From a virus (taxonomy: Duplodnaviria; Caudoviricetes), in the IMG/VR virus record IMGVR_UViG_3300021963_006734, positions 1 through 63,568 of that record: a stretch of 63,568 nt of DNA; one strand, written 5' to 3'. Positions 47,973 to 57,635 of the stretch are shown piece by piece. Made by a program: the position numbers and the translations under genes. The notes beneath the pieces were generated by a model, which was given only the letters and a program-made list of their open reading frames with translations, searched no databases and was not told where the DNA came from. Within the stretch, counting starts at the first letter, position 1. Each line of letters opens with the position of its first letter.

Positions 47973-49148
47973 ATGGCAGAAATTTCAAATCAACTTCTAA
48001 GAGATGCTATCGCAGATGCAGAAGCAGTTCGTCAAACCGCTATTGCAAACGCAAAGATCGCTTTGGAAGAAACATTTACACCTCAAATTAAGTCCATGTT
48101 GGCTCGCCGATTAAAGGCAGAAGCAATGGAAGCAGAAGGTGCAGAAAAGGCAAAGGAAGAACCATTCCAAGACGCAGACGCAGTTGGAGGAAATACTCCA
48201 GTTGATACATCAACAATTGGTGCTGGTGATAATAAAGAACCATCACCTGCAGCAAACGATTCATCCGACATAGATCAAGGAGGTGAAGGTGAATCAGACT
48301 CGTCAACTGACTGGTACGATGACTGGTCGGAATCGGATTTTGATCTTGATGAAGTAATCAAGGAATTGGAAGCAGATGTACAAGCACTTTCGGAAGCTGA
48401 AGAAGAGGAAGAAGAACTCGACGAAGCTATGCACGATGGTGAAGAAGAGGAAGAAGTGGATGAATATAAACTTGGAGAAGATGACAAATTACCGTCAGCT
48501 TCACCAGCAGATGTTCATGACAAAGAAGTTCCAGCACAATCCTCTGGTATCGGTAAGTCAGAAGCAGCTGCAACAGATGCATCCGATCCACATAAGTACG
48601 CAGTAAATCCAGCAAATCCAAAGATGGAAATGCATATGGATGGGGACACGGAAAAAGGTCATGAAGAAGGTGAAGAGGAACTTGATCTTGAAGCAATCCT
48701 TCGTGAATTAGAAGCCGAAGATGAAAAGGAAAAGAAATCATCCGAAGAAATGGCTCATAAGATGGATTCGCTACAAAAGGAACTTGCAGAATATCGTATG
48801 GTTGTAAATGTCCTACGAGGCAAGCTACAAGAAGTAAATCTTCTTAATGCAAAACTTTTGTTCACCAATAGATTGTTTAATAACAAGACATTGACCAACG
48901 AACAGAAAGTTGCAATTGTGGAAAACTTTGATAGAGCAACCACAGTGCGTGAAGTTAAGATTGTCTATACAACACTTGTTGAAACTCTCAATACAACAGC
49001 AAAGGCAATGAAGCGTCCAGCAAACACTGCTAAAGTTGTAACAGAAGGTTTAGCAAGTAAGGCAACCCCAAGTACAGCTCCAAAAGCTGAAATTTTGGAA
49101 GAAAATACTCTCGCAAAGAGATTACAACAACTCGCAGGCATTTTATAA
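47973..49148 (+). CDS. Prohead scaffold/core protein
   Basis: Highly acidic with a coiled-coil C-terminus ending RLQQLAGIL; directly upstream of the major capsid gene. Confidence 0.75.
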   Translation: MAEISNQLLRDAIADAEAVRQTAIANAKIALEETFTPQIKSMLARRLKAEAMEAEGAEKAKEEPFQDADAVGGNTPVDTSTIGAGDNKEPSPAANDSSDIDQGGEGESDSSTDWYDDWSESDFDLDEVIKELEADVQALSEAEEEEEELDEAMHDGEEEEEVDEYKLGEDDKLPSASPADVHDKEVPAQSSGIGKSEAAATDASDPHKYAVNPANPKMEMHMDGDTEKGHEEGEEELDLEAILRELEAEDEKEKKSSEEMAHKMDSLQKELAEYRMVVNVLRGKLQEVNLLNAKLLFTNRLFNNKTLTNEQKVAIVENFDRATTVREVKIVYTTLVETLNTTAKAMKRPANTAKVVTEGLASKATPSTAPKAEILEENTLAKRLQQLAGIL

Positions 49149-49168
49149 CCTATTAGGAGAAACAAATT

Positions 49169-50749
49169 ATGTCAGGTGTACAAGAATTTTTAGATGACGC
49201 TGGTTCAGCCCACAAAGTTGTGGTAGAAAAGACCCGTCAATTAGCAGGTAAGTGGGAAAAGTCAGGCCTTCTTGAAGGTTTGGCCGGACAAGAACGCCAA
49301 GGTATGGCGGTTATGCTTGAAAACCAAGCACAACAACTTCTTTCAGAAGCAACAACAACAAATCCAGGTGGATCAGGCACAGCTGGTGAAAACTGGGCAG
49401 GTGTCGCACTTCCATTAGTTCGTAAGGTATTCGGTTCAATCGCAAGTAAGAACTTCGTATCAGTACAACCAATGAACTTACCAGCAGGTTTGGTATTCTT
49501 CATGGATTTCAAGTATGCAAACACAGTAAATGGTAAGACAGCAGGTGGTTCACTTTATGGAACAACATCTGGTTCAGGCGTTCTTCCACGTGGTGGTTTC
49601 TACGGTGCTGGTGAATACGCATACTCAGTAAATGATGCAACATTAACACTCAACCCAGCAATCGCATCAGGTTCAGCAGTTGGTTATGGTGATGTAAACT
49701 ACAACGATACTTACTCATCATCATTTGCATCATTCTTCAAGTTCGTTGTTCCAGCAGTAAGTTTCTCAAACGCAGATTTCAACGCAGTTCGTTCATTCCG
49801 CGTAACAACAAATGTAGCAAACAGTGCACTTCTTCCAGAATTCACCAAGTATGACGGAACAAATGTTACACTTATCGTAAGTGGAACATCAGCTCTTGGT
49901 TCAATGGTATCTTGTTCAGCAGTAGAATATAACAAGCAACCAACAGACACCACCCGTGGTGACTTCGAAGATCGTGATAACTCAGTAACAAACTTGAACA
50001 TTCCACAAATTGATTTGGAACTTCGTTCAGAAACAATCGTTGCTAAGACCCGTAAGTTGAAGGCAGTCTGGTCACCAGAACTTGCACAAGACTTGAACGC
50101 ATACCACTCAGTAGATGCAGAAGCAGAATTAACAGCAATGTTAAGTGACTACATCTCAACTGAAATTGACCTCGAAATTCTTGATATGTTGATTGCAAAC
50201 GCAACCACAACAGAATTCTGGAACGCAGAAGTCGGTAAGGTATGGAACGGTTCAGCATTCGTACCAAGTGCAACATTGAGTGGACAAGCATGGACATCAA
50301 TGACCTGGTTCCAAACACTTGGTCAGAAGATGCAAAAGGTCAGTAACCGTATCCACCAACTCACAATGCGTGGTGGTGCTAACTTCGCAGTATGTTCACC
50401 AACTGTAGCAACAATCCTCGAAACCATTCCTGGTTTCATGGCAGCAACAGACGGTGATAAGATGGAATTTGCAGGTGGTGTAACCAAGGTTGGTTCATTC
50501 CAAAATCGTTACACAATCTACAAGAACCCATACATGACCGAAAATACATTGTTGATGGGCTTCCGTGGAAGTAACTTCCTCGAAACTGGTGCAGTATATG
50601 CTCCATATATCCCACTCATCATGACACCATTGGTCTATGATCCAAATAACTTCACACCACGCCGTGGCGTGATGACCCGTTACGCGAAGAAGATAGTCAG
50701 ACCCGAATTTTTTGGAAAAATCTTTATCGACGGACTCGCAACAGTCTAA
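49169..50749 (+). CDS. Major capsid protein (gp23-like)
   Basis: KWEKSGLLEGL, LENQ, PLVRKVF, VQPMNLPAGLVF, AKTRKLKAVWSPELAQDL.AYH..DAEAEL, YAPYIPL, MTRYA. Confidence 0.95.
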   Translation: MSGVQEFLDDAGSAHKVVVEKTRQLAGKWEKSGLLEGLAGQERQGMAVMLENQAQQLLSEATTTNPGGSGTAGENWAGVALPLVRKVFGSIASKNFVSVQPMNLPAGLVFFMDFKYANTVNGKTAGGSLYGTTSGSGVLPRGGFYGAGEYAYSVNDATLTLNPAIASGSAVGYGDVNYNDTYSSSFASFFKFVVPAVSFSNADFNAVRSFRVTTNVANSALLPEFTKYDGTNVTLIVSGTSALGSMVSCSAVEYNKQPTDTTRGDFEDRDNSVTNLNIPQIDLELRSETIVAKTRKLKAVWSPELAQDLNAYHSVDAEAELTAMLSDYISTEIDLEILDMLIANATTTEFWNAEVGKVWNGSAFVPSATLSGQAWTSMTWFQTLGQKMQKVSNRIHQLTMRGGANFAVCSPTVATILETIPGFMAATDGDKMEFAGGVTKVGSFQNRYTIYKNPYMTENTLLMGFRGSNFLETGAVYAPYIPLIMTPLVYDPNNFTPRRGVMTRYAKKIVRPEFFGKIFIDGLATV

Positions 50750-50776
50750 TAGATTTATCCAAAAAAGGAGCAAATT

Positions 50777-50801
50777 GGGGGTCCGAAAGGACTCCCTTTT
50801 T
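50777..50801 (+). terminator. Rho-independent terminator after the capsid gene
   Basis: GGGGGTCC-GAAA-GGACTCCC followed by TTTTT. Confidence 0.85.
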
Positions 50802-50861
50802 GTTGCCCACAACTTCAGTTTTTACCATAAAACTCTCTATTTATATAAAAAGGAGAATTTT

Positions 50862-51425
50862 ATGGAACATGTGATTTATAAATTAACATCACCGAGTGGA
50901 AAAATTTATATTGGTCGTACAAATAATTTTCAAGACAGAATGACGCAGCATAAACACTGTGCGTTAGTAAAAAAAATGAATAATTCTTTGTATAAAGCCA
51001 TGAGAAAGTATGGGTGGGAAAATTTTGTAAAAGAAATAATTGCTACCGCAAGTAGTCAAGAATCTGCTCAATTATTAGAAGAAGTATTAATTAAGCAATT
51101 TGATTCTGTTAAAAATGGATACAATGACACATATACCGGCGGTGGTGGAAATCAATTCGTAAATCAACCAGAACGATTAAAAACTTTTAAGAAAAAAATG
51201 TCACAAATTACTGCTGGTGACAAAAATGGCATGTATGGTAAGACACATAGTGACGAAGCACGGGAAAAACAAAAACAAAAAGCAAAAGGACGATTCTCGT
51301 TGGAATGGTATATTGACCGATATGGACAAAACGAAGGAACACAGTTATATACGAAACGATGTGAAAATTTGCGTAATCGTAAGTTGAATCGAAATGAAAA
51401 GGGTATATTTATTCCTTCGTTATAA
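50862..51425 (+). mobile_element. Free-standing GIY-YIG homing endonuclease with NUMOD3-like motif
   Basis: VIYKLT…KIYIGRT…R…H, E…GYN, NGMYGKTHSDEAREK; TATTTATA (50838) and SD AGGAG precede ATG 50862. Confidence 0.85.
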
Positions 51426-51475
51426 GTTATTTATGACTATTTATAGTTTAGAGTCTTTCTACACATGAGATTACT

Positions 51476-52657
51476 ATGGCGATATTAAGTGATGATCCAA
51501 TTGTATATGATGGAAGTCCAGTCAATCCAAGTGGTGTAACACCATTCGGTATATTTGATGATGAAGCTGCATTTCAATCCGACGCGCCACGGGTAGCAGA
51601 ATATGTTGCTCGTCGTTTAGGATATAATGTTATAGATATAGAATTGGTAGATAAAATTTTCTATACTTGTTTTGAAGAAGCAGTAATAACATATGGATCA
51701 CAAGTTAATCAGTTTAATGCTCGTGAACATATGTTTACATTACAAGGATTACCAACATCGACCACAGTGACGCAACGAAACATAGTGGGATCACCTATTC
51801 CACAATTAATTCGTATATCAGCACAATATGGTACAGAAGCACAATCTGGTGGTGATGTGGATATTAAACGAGGATATATTACTCCAACTACTGGATCTGG
51901 TGGTGTATATGCACAAGAATATGATTTACAAACGCTTTGGGCAGATGTAAGTGAAAGTGGTAAACGATTAGAAATTCGTCGTGTGTATCATTATATGCCA
52001 TCAGCCGTTGCTCGTTACTATGACCCGTTTGCAACCACTGGTCTTGGTTTAACAAATCTAATGAGTGAATTTGGGTTTGATGGATACTCACCACCGGTGA
52101 CATTCGTGATGATGCCAGCATATGAAGATTTGCTTCGTATTCAGGCAATTGAAATAAATGACATGATTCGCAAGAGTCAATATTCATTTGAAATTTATAA
52201 TAATAAAATTCGATTCAGTCCAAAATTTAAAAACGATCTTCGTGTATATTTTGATTATATGGTGGTTGACGATAAATACGCTGGAGATAATATCGTAAAC
52301 CCTTCAGGAAGTACAACTTCAGATTATTCAAATATTCCATATAATCATATACCGTATACGACTATTAATTCTATTGGTAAAACTTGGATATTTAAATATA
52401 CTTTAGCATTAGCAAAAGAAACACTGGGAATGATTCGATCAAAATATGAAAATGTGCCAATTCCTGATGCTATTATTAAATTAGATGGTGAACTTCTTCG
52501 TAGAGAAGCAAAAGAAGAAAAGGATGTGTTGATAAAAGAAATCCGTGAAACATTAGAAGAAACTGGATTACAAGCACAGATGAAAAAACAAGCTGAAAAT
52601 TCGAAATTTATGCAAGAAATGTTTTCACGAGTACCAACTCTTATTTACATAGGTTAA
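51476..52657 (+). CDS. Neck / head-tail adaptor protein (gp13-like)
   Basis: RRLG…IEL, WIFKYTLALAKE.LG.IRSKY…LDG motif; gene order; TATTTATA at 51438. Confidence 0.7.
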   Translation: MAILSDDPIVYDGSPVNPSGVTPFGIFDDEAAFQSDAPRVAEYVARRLGYNVIDIELVDKIFYTCFEEAVITYGSQVNQFNAREHMFTLQGLPTSTTVTQRNIVGSPIPQLIRISAQYGTEAQSGGDVDIKRGYITPTTGSGGVYAQEYDLQTLWADVSESGKRLEIRRVYHYMPSAVARYYDPFATTGLGLTNLMSEFGFDGYSPPVTFVMMPAYEDLLRIQAIEINDMIRKSQYSFEIYNNKIRFSPKFKNDLRVYFDYMVVDDKYAGDNIVNPSGSTTSDYSNIPYNHIPYTTINSIGKTWIFKYTLALAKETLGMIRSKYENVPIPDAIIKLDGELLRREAKEEKDVLIKEIRETLEETGLQAQMKKQAENSKFMQEMFSRVPTLIYIG

Positions 52658-52658
52658 T

Positions 52659-53123
52659 ATGCCAAGATTCGTAAGTCAACGAGATTTTAATTTATTTCAA
52701 CATTTTAATCGTGAACTGGTGAGCGATATTGTTGATGTAGATGTCATTCTGTATAAAATTGTACTCGATACGACCGCAATAAATATTTATGGAGAAGCTA
52801 CGGAAAAATCTCGTTACACTCCAGTAGAATTAAAAGCACTTGTTAAGTACGATAAAAATGTCGCTGATAGTAAAGATGGATTTGGTGTTGATGTTGTACA
52901 GAATGTAGAATTTAGATTTGTTCGTGCATTACTACAACAAGTCAGTGTATTTCCAGAAGTTGGTGATATTATTTATTACGATGATGGATATTACGAAATT
53001 GATAATGTCAACGATACACAATATATTGCAGGACAACCACAATATACTACATCGATTTTGTGTAATGCACACTTAACACGATTGAGTGGAATACAAATAT
53101 TAGACTCGGAGTTGTATGGCTGA
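52659..53123 (+). CDS. Head-closure / neck protein (gp14-like)
   Basis: NIYGE, PEVGDII..D..YYEI motifs; gene order. Confidence 0.6.
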   Translation: MPRFVSQRDFNLFQHFNRELVSDIVDVDVILYKIVLDTTAINIYGEATEKSRYTPVELKALVKYDKNVADSKDGFGVDVVQNVEFRFVRALLQQVSVFPEVGDIIYYDDGYYEIDNVNDTQYIAGQPQYTTSILCNAHLTRLSGIQILDSELYG

Positions 53124-53925
53124 TTATAGTAATCAAACACCGGATAAATTACCAGTACAAAACACGGGAGTTAATACACCCGAAACATTTCAAAATCGTG
53201 GATTGGATACTAAATCCGATGCACAAGATTCACCTGTCACGGTAACTTTACACAATATTGATGAAACATTAATTCATTATTTAAATGAACGAATTAGACC
53301 ATTGGTACGACAAGACGGAAAACAAACGAAAGTACCAGTAATATATGGAAATCCAGAACGATGGAAAAGTGTTCAAAAAGATGGTATTTTTCGTGATGTC
53401 AAAGGTAAAATACAATTACCTTTGATTATGATCAGACGATCAAGTATGAAGAAAAATGTAAAAGTCAATTCTCCGATAAACAAGTATTTGGAACGAGAAT
53501 TTGAAACTGGGTGGAATAAATACAACCCATATGATCGATTCGCCGCGGTGAACGGTATTAAACCTGTTAAAAAACGATTGGTCACTATTACCCCAGATTA
53601 TTTTGATCTTACCTACGAATGTATGATTTGGACCGAATACATGGAACAAATGAACAAAGTCATAGAACAGATTTCGTTTGAGGATGACGAATTCTGGGGT
53701 GAACGAAATCGATATAAATTCCGTACTAGAATAGATGAATATAAAATAGAAAATACTTTACCAACCAACCAAGATAGATTGGTCCGTACCTCGTTTAATT
53801 TAAATGTCTCGGCGTACCTTCTACCAGAGCGTATGTTGGATCGTCATGGAAAATTGATGCAAACTTCCCAACAGCGATATACCGTTAAAAAAGTCGTCAC
53901 TTTCACAGAAATTGAAACAGATTAA
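53116..53925 (+). CDS. Tail terminator / sheath stabiliser (gp15-like)
   Basis: KVPVIYG..E.W, LPLIM, P…LTYE..IW…QMN…EQI. Confidence 0.65.
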   Translation: MADYSNQTPDKLPVQNTGVNTPETFQNRGLDTKSDAQDSPVTVTLHNIDETLIHYLNERIRPLVRQDGKQTKVPVIYGNPERWKSVQKDGIFRDVKGKIQLPLIMIRRSSMKKNVKVNSPINKYLEREFETGWNKYNPYDRFAAVNGIKPVKKRLVTITPDYFDLTYECMIWTEYMEQMNKVIEQISFEDDEFWGERNRYKFRTRIDEYKIENTLPTNQDRLVRTSFNLNVSAYLLPERMLDRHGKLMQTSQQRYTVKKVVTFTEIETD

Positions 53926-53991
53926 ACTGGTGTTTCGAAAAAATAACCTATATTTATATTACGAGTAGTAACATAACCGAAAGGGGGTTTT

Positions 53992-54267
53992 ATGAGTGAC
54001 GCAGTAAAATTAACAGAAGAAGAACTAACTTCTATTAAAACTTTAAGAGAACAAATAATAGAAGTAATTTCTACAGTCGGTCAAACAAAAATAACAACTG
54101 AATTGTTAAAAGAAGAATTGACAACTATAGAAAATAAAATAGTAGAACAAACAAAATTATACAAAGAATTACTAGAAAAAGAAAAATCTTTGGTTAATGG
54201 GTTATTGGAAAAGTATGGTGTAGGTTCGTTAGATATAGACACTGGTATTTTTACCCCTGAAAAATAA
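53992..54267 (+). CDS. Small coiled-coil hypothetical protein
   Basis: KLTEEEL…EKYG.GSLDIDTG; TATTTATA at 53951. Confidence 0.7.
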   Translation: MSDAVKLTEEELTSIKTLREQIIEVISTVGQTKITTELLKEELTTIENKIVEQTKLYKELLEKEKSLVNGLLEKYGVGSLDIDTGIFTPEK

Positions 54268-54286
54268 GTAATATTGGAGATTCCGT

Positions 54287-56641
54287 ATGGCAGAACGCAT
54301 TGTTAGTCCTGGCGTTTTCACACAAGAGCGTGACCTTAGTTTTCTAGAACAAGGCATCTCTGAAATCGGTGGGGCATTTATTGGACCAACGCCAAAAGGT
54401 CCGGCTTTTATCCCAACGATTGTTGAAAGTCAACAACAATTTGAAAACATTTTTGGTACACCCGACAACAAATCGTTCGTTGGTCTTACGGTAAAAAACT
54501 ATCTCCGTGAATCAGGACGAGCAACAGTTGTTCGTGTGTTGGGATTAGATGGATATGATTCCACATTAAATACATCCGCAGTATTATACGCAACTGGATC
54601 TAGTGGTTCGTTCGTATATGCAATAATTCATCCAACTGTATCTGGAAGTAACATTGAAGCAATTAGTGCGACAGGACCAGCATCTAATTTCTCTTTGACT
54701 ATTTCTTCTTCTGCAGTGACAGATGTAACTACAACAGGATTAAGTACAACATCAACCGCTGCTTCATTTATTGGAAAATATTTAGGATATGGTGTAGAAG
54801 GAACAAAGAACGGATTCCTATACTCCATATTTCCAGAAGCAATTACCTCGGCTGGTGCTACAGTAAGTATGAGTGCAGCAACAAGTTCAGCAGTATTGAA
54901 CTTGTCTGGTAGTACATATGGATTATATTCACACGCAAGTACACCATATATCCAATCACAAACACTCGGTGGACAAAAGATTAATCTCTTCAAGTTGCAT
55001 ACCTTAACAGATGGTAACGCAGCAAATCGTGATATTAAAGTTTCAATTCTTGGACCAAAGAAAGGTCAAATTGAAGGTGATTGGGGATCATTCTCATTAC
55101 TCGTAAGAGAATTTGAAGACACTGACCAACGACCAGTAGTATTGGAACAATACGATAATTTGACATTAGACCCAGATAGTCCAAATTACATCGCTCGTCG
55201 CATCGGTAACAGTGCACCATATGATGATTCTGTAACTGGTGAACGATATTTCCAAGGTGAATTCCGTAACAATTCTACTTACATTCGTGTAGAAATGGCA
55301 CCTGGAGCAAATGATGTTCCAACCGATGCATTACCATTTGGATTTGCACAACTATTGTCACCAATTGGTTCCGAAACTAGTAAGTTAGTTTCACCATCAT
55401 TCTTGTCATCAAGTTGGGTATCTGGAAGTACTCGTGGATATAGTGCAACAGCATTACGCAATAACTACGAATTCTACGGATTCCAATACTCTGATGTATT
55501 AAATACTAACATGTCATACCTCGCACCATTACCTTCGGGTGCAGCAGCAATGGGAACAGCATTTAGTTTGGAAAATCTTCCATCAAATGAACTGTACGAT
55601 GATAGTGGAAATGCAGTTACACCAGCAAATTTCTTAAGTACACCATCTATCGTTGATGATTTGAAATTTACCGTCGCATTCCAAGGTGGATTCGATGGTG
55701 ATAATCCAGCACGATACATTAATATGTACGAAGCTATCACCAGCACCAATACACAAGGATTTAATTGTTCAACAGGAACATCAGATGGATCTCGTGCATA
55801 CAAGAAAGCATTGGATAATATCGCAAATCCAGACTTCTATGATATTAACTTGTTAGTATTACCTGGTATCGTATACGAGTTGCACCCATATGTTGCAAAT
55901 TACGCATTGAACATTTGTGAATCTCGTGGTGATTGTTTCTACATCATGGATTTAGCACAAGCAAGTGCAACAATTACCAGTGCAGTCAACTTAGCAGTAT
56001 TGTTAGACACGAACTACGCAGCGGCATATTATCCATGGATTCGAGTACTTGACGATAACATTAATAAGCTAGTATTCGTACCACCTTCGGTAGCACTTCC
56101 AGAAGTATTTGCATATAATGATAATGTCGCAGCAGAATGGTTTGCACCAGCAGGTTTAAACCGTGGTGGTATTCCAGGAGCAGCAGGTGTTCGTACACGA
56201 TTGGCACAAGTACAGCGTGATCAATTATATGAAGGTAAGGTTAACCCAATCGCACAATTCCCTGGACAAGGTATTTGTGTATGGGGTCAGAAGACATTAC
56301 AACGCCGATCCTCAGCGCTTGATCGTGTCAATGTTCGTCGTCTTCTTATCACTGTTAAGAAATTTATCGCAAGTTCAGCACGATTCCTCGTATTCGAACA
56401 AAATGTGGAATCAACTCGTCGTCGTTTCTTAAACATCGTCAATCCATATTTGGCAAATGTCCAAGAACGCTCTGGTTTGTACGCATTCCGTGTTATTATG
56501 GATGAAACCAACAATACACCGGATGTAATTGATCGTAACATCTTGGTTGGTCAATTGTATCTCCAACCAACAAAGACTGCTGAATTCATCAAGTTAGAAT
56601 TCAACATTCTCCCAACAGGCGCAGTATTCCCTGGGGCATAA
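54287..56641 (+). CDS. Tail sheath protein (gp18-like)
   Basis: SPGVFTQERD, GP.F.P, YYPW, WFAPAG.NRG, WGQKTL, DRVNVRRL, PTKTAEFI. Confidence 0.95.
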   Translation: MAERIVSPGVFTQERDLSFLEQGISEIGGAFIGPTPKGPAFIPTIVESQQQFENIFGTPDNKSFVGLTVKNYLRESGRATVVRVLGLDGYDSTLNTSAVLYATGSSGSFVYAIIHPTVSGSNIEAISATGPASNFSLTISSSAVTDVTTTGLSTTSTAASFIGKYLGYGVEGTKNGFLYSIFPEAITSAGATVSMSAATSSAVLNLSGSTYGLYSHASTPYIQSQTLGGQKINLFKLHTLTDGNAANRDIKVSILGPKKGQIEGDWGSFSLLVREFEDTDQRPVVLEQYDNLTLDPDSPNYIARRIGNSAPYDDSVTGERYFQGEFRNNSTYIRVEMAPGANDVPTDALPFGFAQLLSPIGSETSKLVSPSFLSSSWVSGSTRGYSATALRNNYEFYGFQYSDVLNTNMSYLAPLPSGAAAMGTAFSLENLPSNELYDDSGNAVTPANFLSTPSIVDDLKFTVAFQGGFDGDNPARYINMYEAITSTNTQGFNCSTGTSDGSRAYKKALDNIANPDFYDINLLVLPGIVYELHPYVANYALNICESRGDCFYIMDLAQASATITSAVNLAVLLDTNYAAAYYPWIRVLDDNINKLVFVPPSVALPEVFAYNDNVAAEWFAPAGLNRGGIPGAAGVRTRLAQVQRDQLYEGKVNPIAQFPGQGICVWGQKTLQRRSSALDRVNVRRLLITVKKFIASSARFLVFEQNVESTRRRFLNIVNPYLANVQERSGLYAFRVIMDETNNTPDVIDRNILVGQLYLQPTKTAEFIKLEFNILPTGAVFPGA

Positions 56642-56698
56642 TTGGTTCACATTTTTACATTATAGACTATTTATAGTTAAATCTGTTAGGAGATACAA

Positions 56699-57193
56699 AT
56701 GGCAAACAATATAGTAGCCGAAAATGAAATATTCTTTACCGCGTTTGAACCAAAAGTTAAAAATAGATTTTTACTTTTAATTGAAGGTATTCCAGCGTAT
56801 TTAGTAAAGAAAGTCGCACGGCCCGTATTAAATCAAGAAGCAATCAAGTTACCACACATTAACACTGTTCGTTTCGTAAAGGGTGTTTCTGTATGGCAAA
56901 CTATGGAAATGACTTTGTACGATCCAATTGTTCCATCTGGTGCACAAGCAGTTATGGAATGGGTTCGTTTACATCACGAATCAGTCACAGGTCGTGACGG
57001 ATATGCAGAGTTTTATAAGAAAGACCTTACATTACAGGTTCTTGGACCTGTTGGTGATAAGGTTGAAGAATGGATTATTAAGGGTGCACAAATTACAAAG
57101 GCAGACTTTGGTGGTTTAGAATGGAGTGATACAGGGGAAGTAGCAGAAATCACTTTGACAATCCAACCAGATTATTGTATATTGAACTACTGA
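56699..57193 (+). CDS. Tail tube protein (gp19-like)
   Basis: FEPKVKNRF, W..M..TLYDPI, EW, YKKD..L..LGP.G..VEEW; follows the sheath; TATTTATA at 56668. Confidence 0.88.
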   Translation: MANNIVAENEIFFTAFEPKVKNRFLLLIEGIPAYLVKKVARPVLNQEAIKLPHINTVRFVKGVSVWQTMEMTLYDPIVPSGAQAVMEWVRLHHESVTGRDGYAEFYKKDLTLQVLGPVGDKVEEWIIKGAQITKADFGGLEWSDTGEVAEITLTIQPDYCILNY

Positions 57194-57216
57194 TATACAG
57201 TAAAAATAGAAGATGT

Positions 57217-57273
57217 TGTCCTACTACCTTATACTTATATAAAGTATATAAGGTGGTGGGACACTTCTTTTTT
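57217..57273 (+). terminator. Long hairpin with T tract after the tail tube gene
   Basis: TGTCCTACTACCTTATACT (57217-57235) pairs with AGTATATAAGGTGGTGGGACA (57243-57263), then CTTCTTTTTT. Confidence 0.6.
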
Positions 57274-57284
57274 GGGTATTGAAT

Positions 57285-57632
57285 ATGGCAGAACTTACCG
57301 AATTTAATGTAGGTCAGGGAGAAACATTTCGAGTCGCTGCAACAATTATTAGTGATAGTGGAAGTATCCCATTTAATATAACAGACTATTCGTTTACGGG
57401 ACAATTACGAGAAAATTATACCACTGACGAAGTTGCGGCAACATTTAATGTGATTAAATTACTTCCATATAATTCTGGGAGTATTATATTAGAATTAACC
57501 CCTACACAGACATTAACATTAACACAACGAAAATATGTGTATGATGTCAACATGACCAGTGGATCGGTAACACCGATTACACGAAGAATTTTGGAGGGAT
57601 TGTTCACCGTCCGTCCCACAGCTACGAGATAA
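57285..57632 (+). CDS. Small beta-sandwich structural protein (BppU N-terminal-like)
   Basis: QGETF…ITDY…Q.R…G.I.L.LT..QT…YVYDV…RILEG. Confidence 0.6.
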   Translation: MAELTEFNVGQGETFRVAATIISDSGSIPFNITDYSFTGQLRENYTTDEVAATFNVIKLLPYNSGSIILELTPTQTLTLTQRKYVYDVNMTSGSVTPITRRILEGLFTVRPTATR

Positions 57633-57635
57633 TTA

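Noticed and set aside
50712-50861. N-terminal extension of the GIY-YIG ORF, or a group I intron in the capsid gene
   Set aside because: The capsid gene is complete with a terminator; the extension crosses that terminator; SD and promoter motif support ATG 50862; no intron core seen
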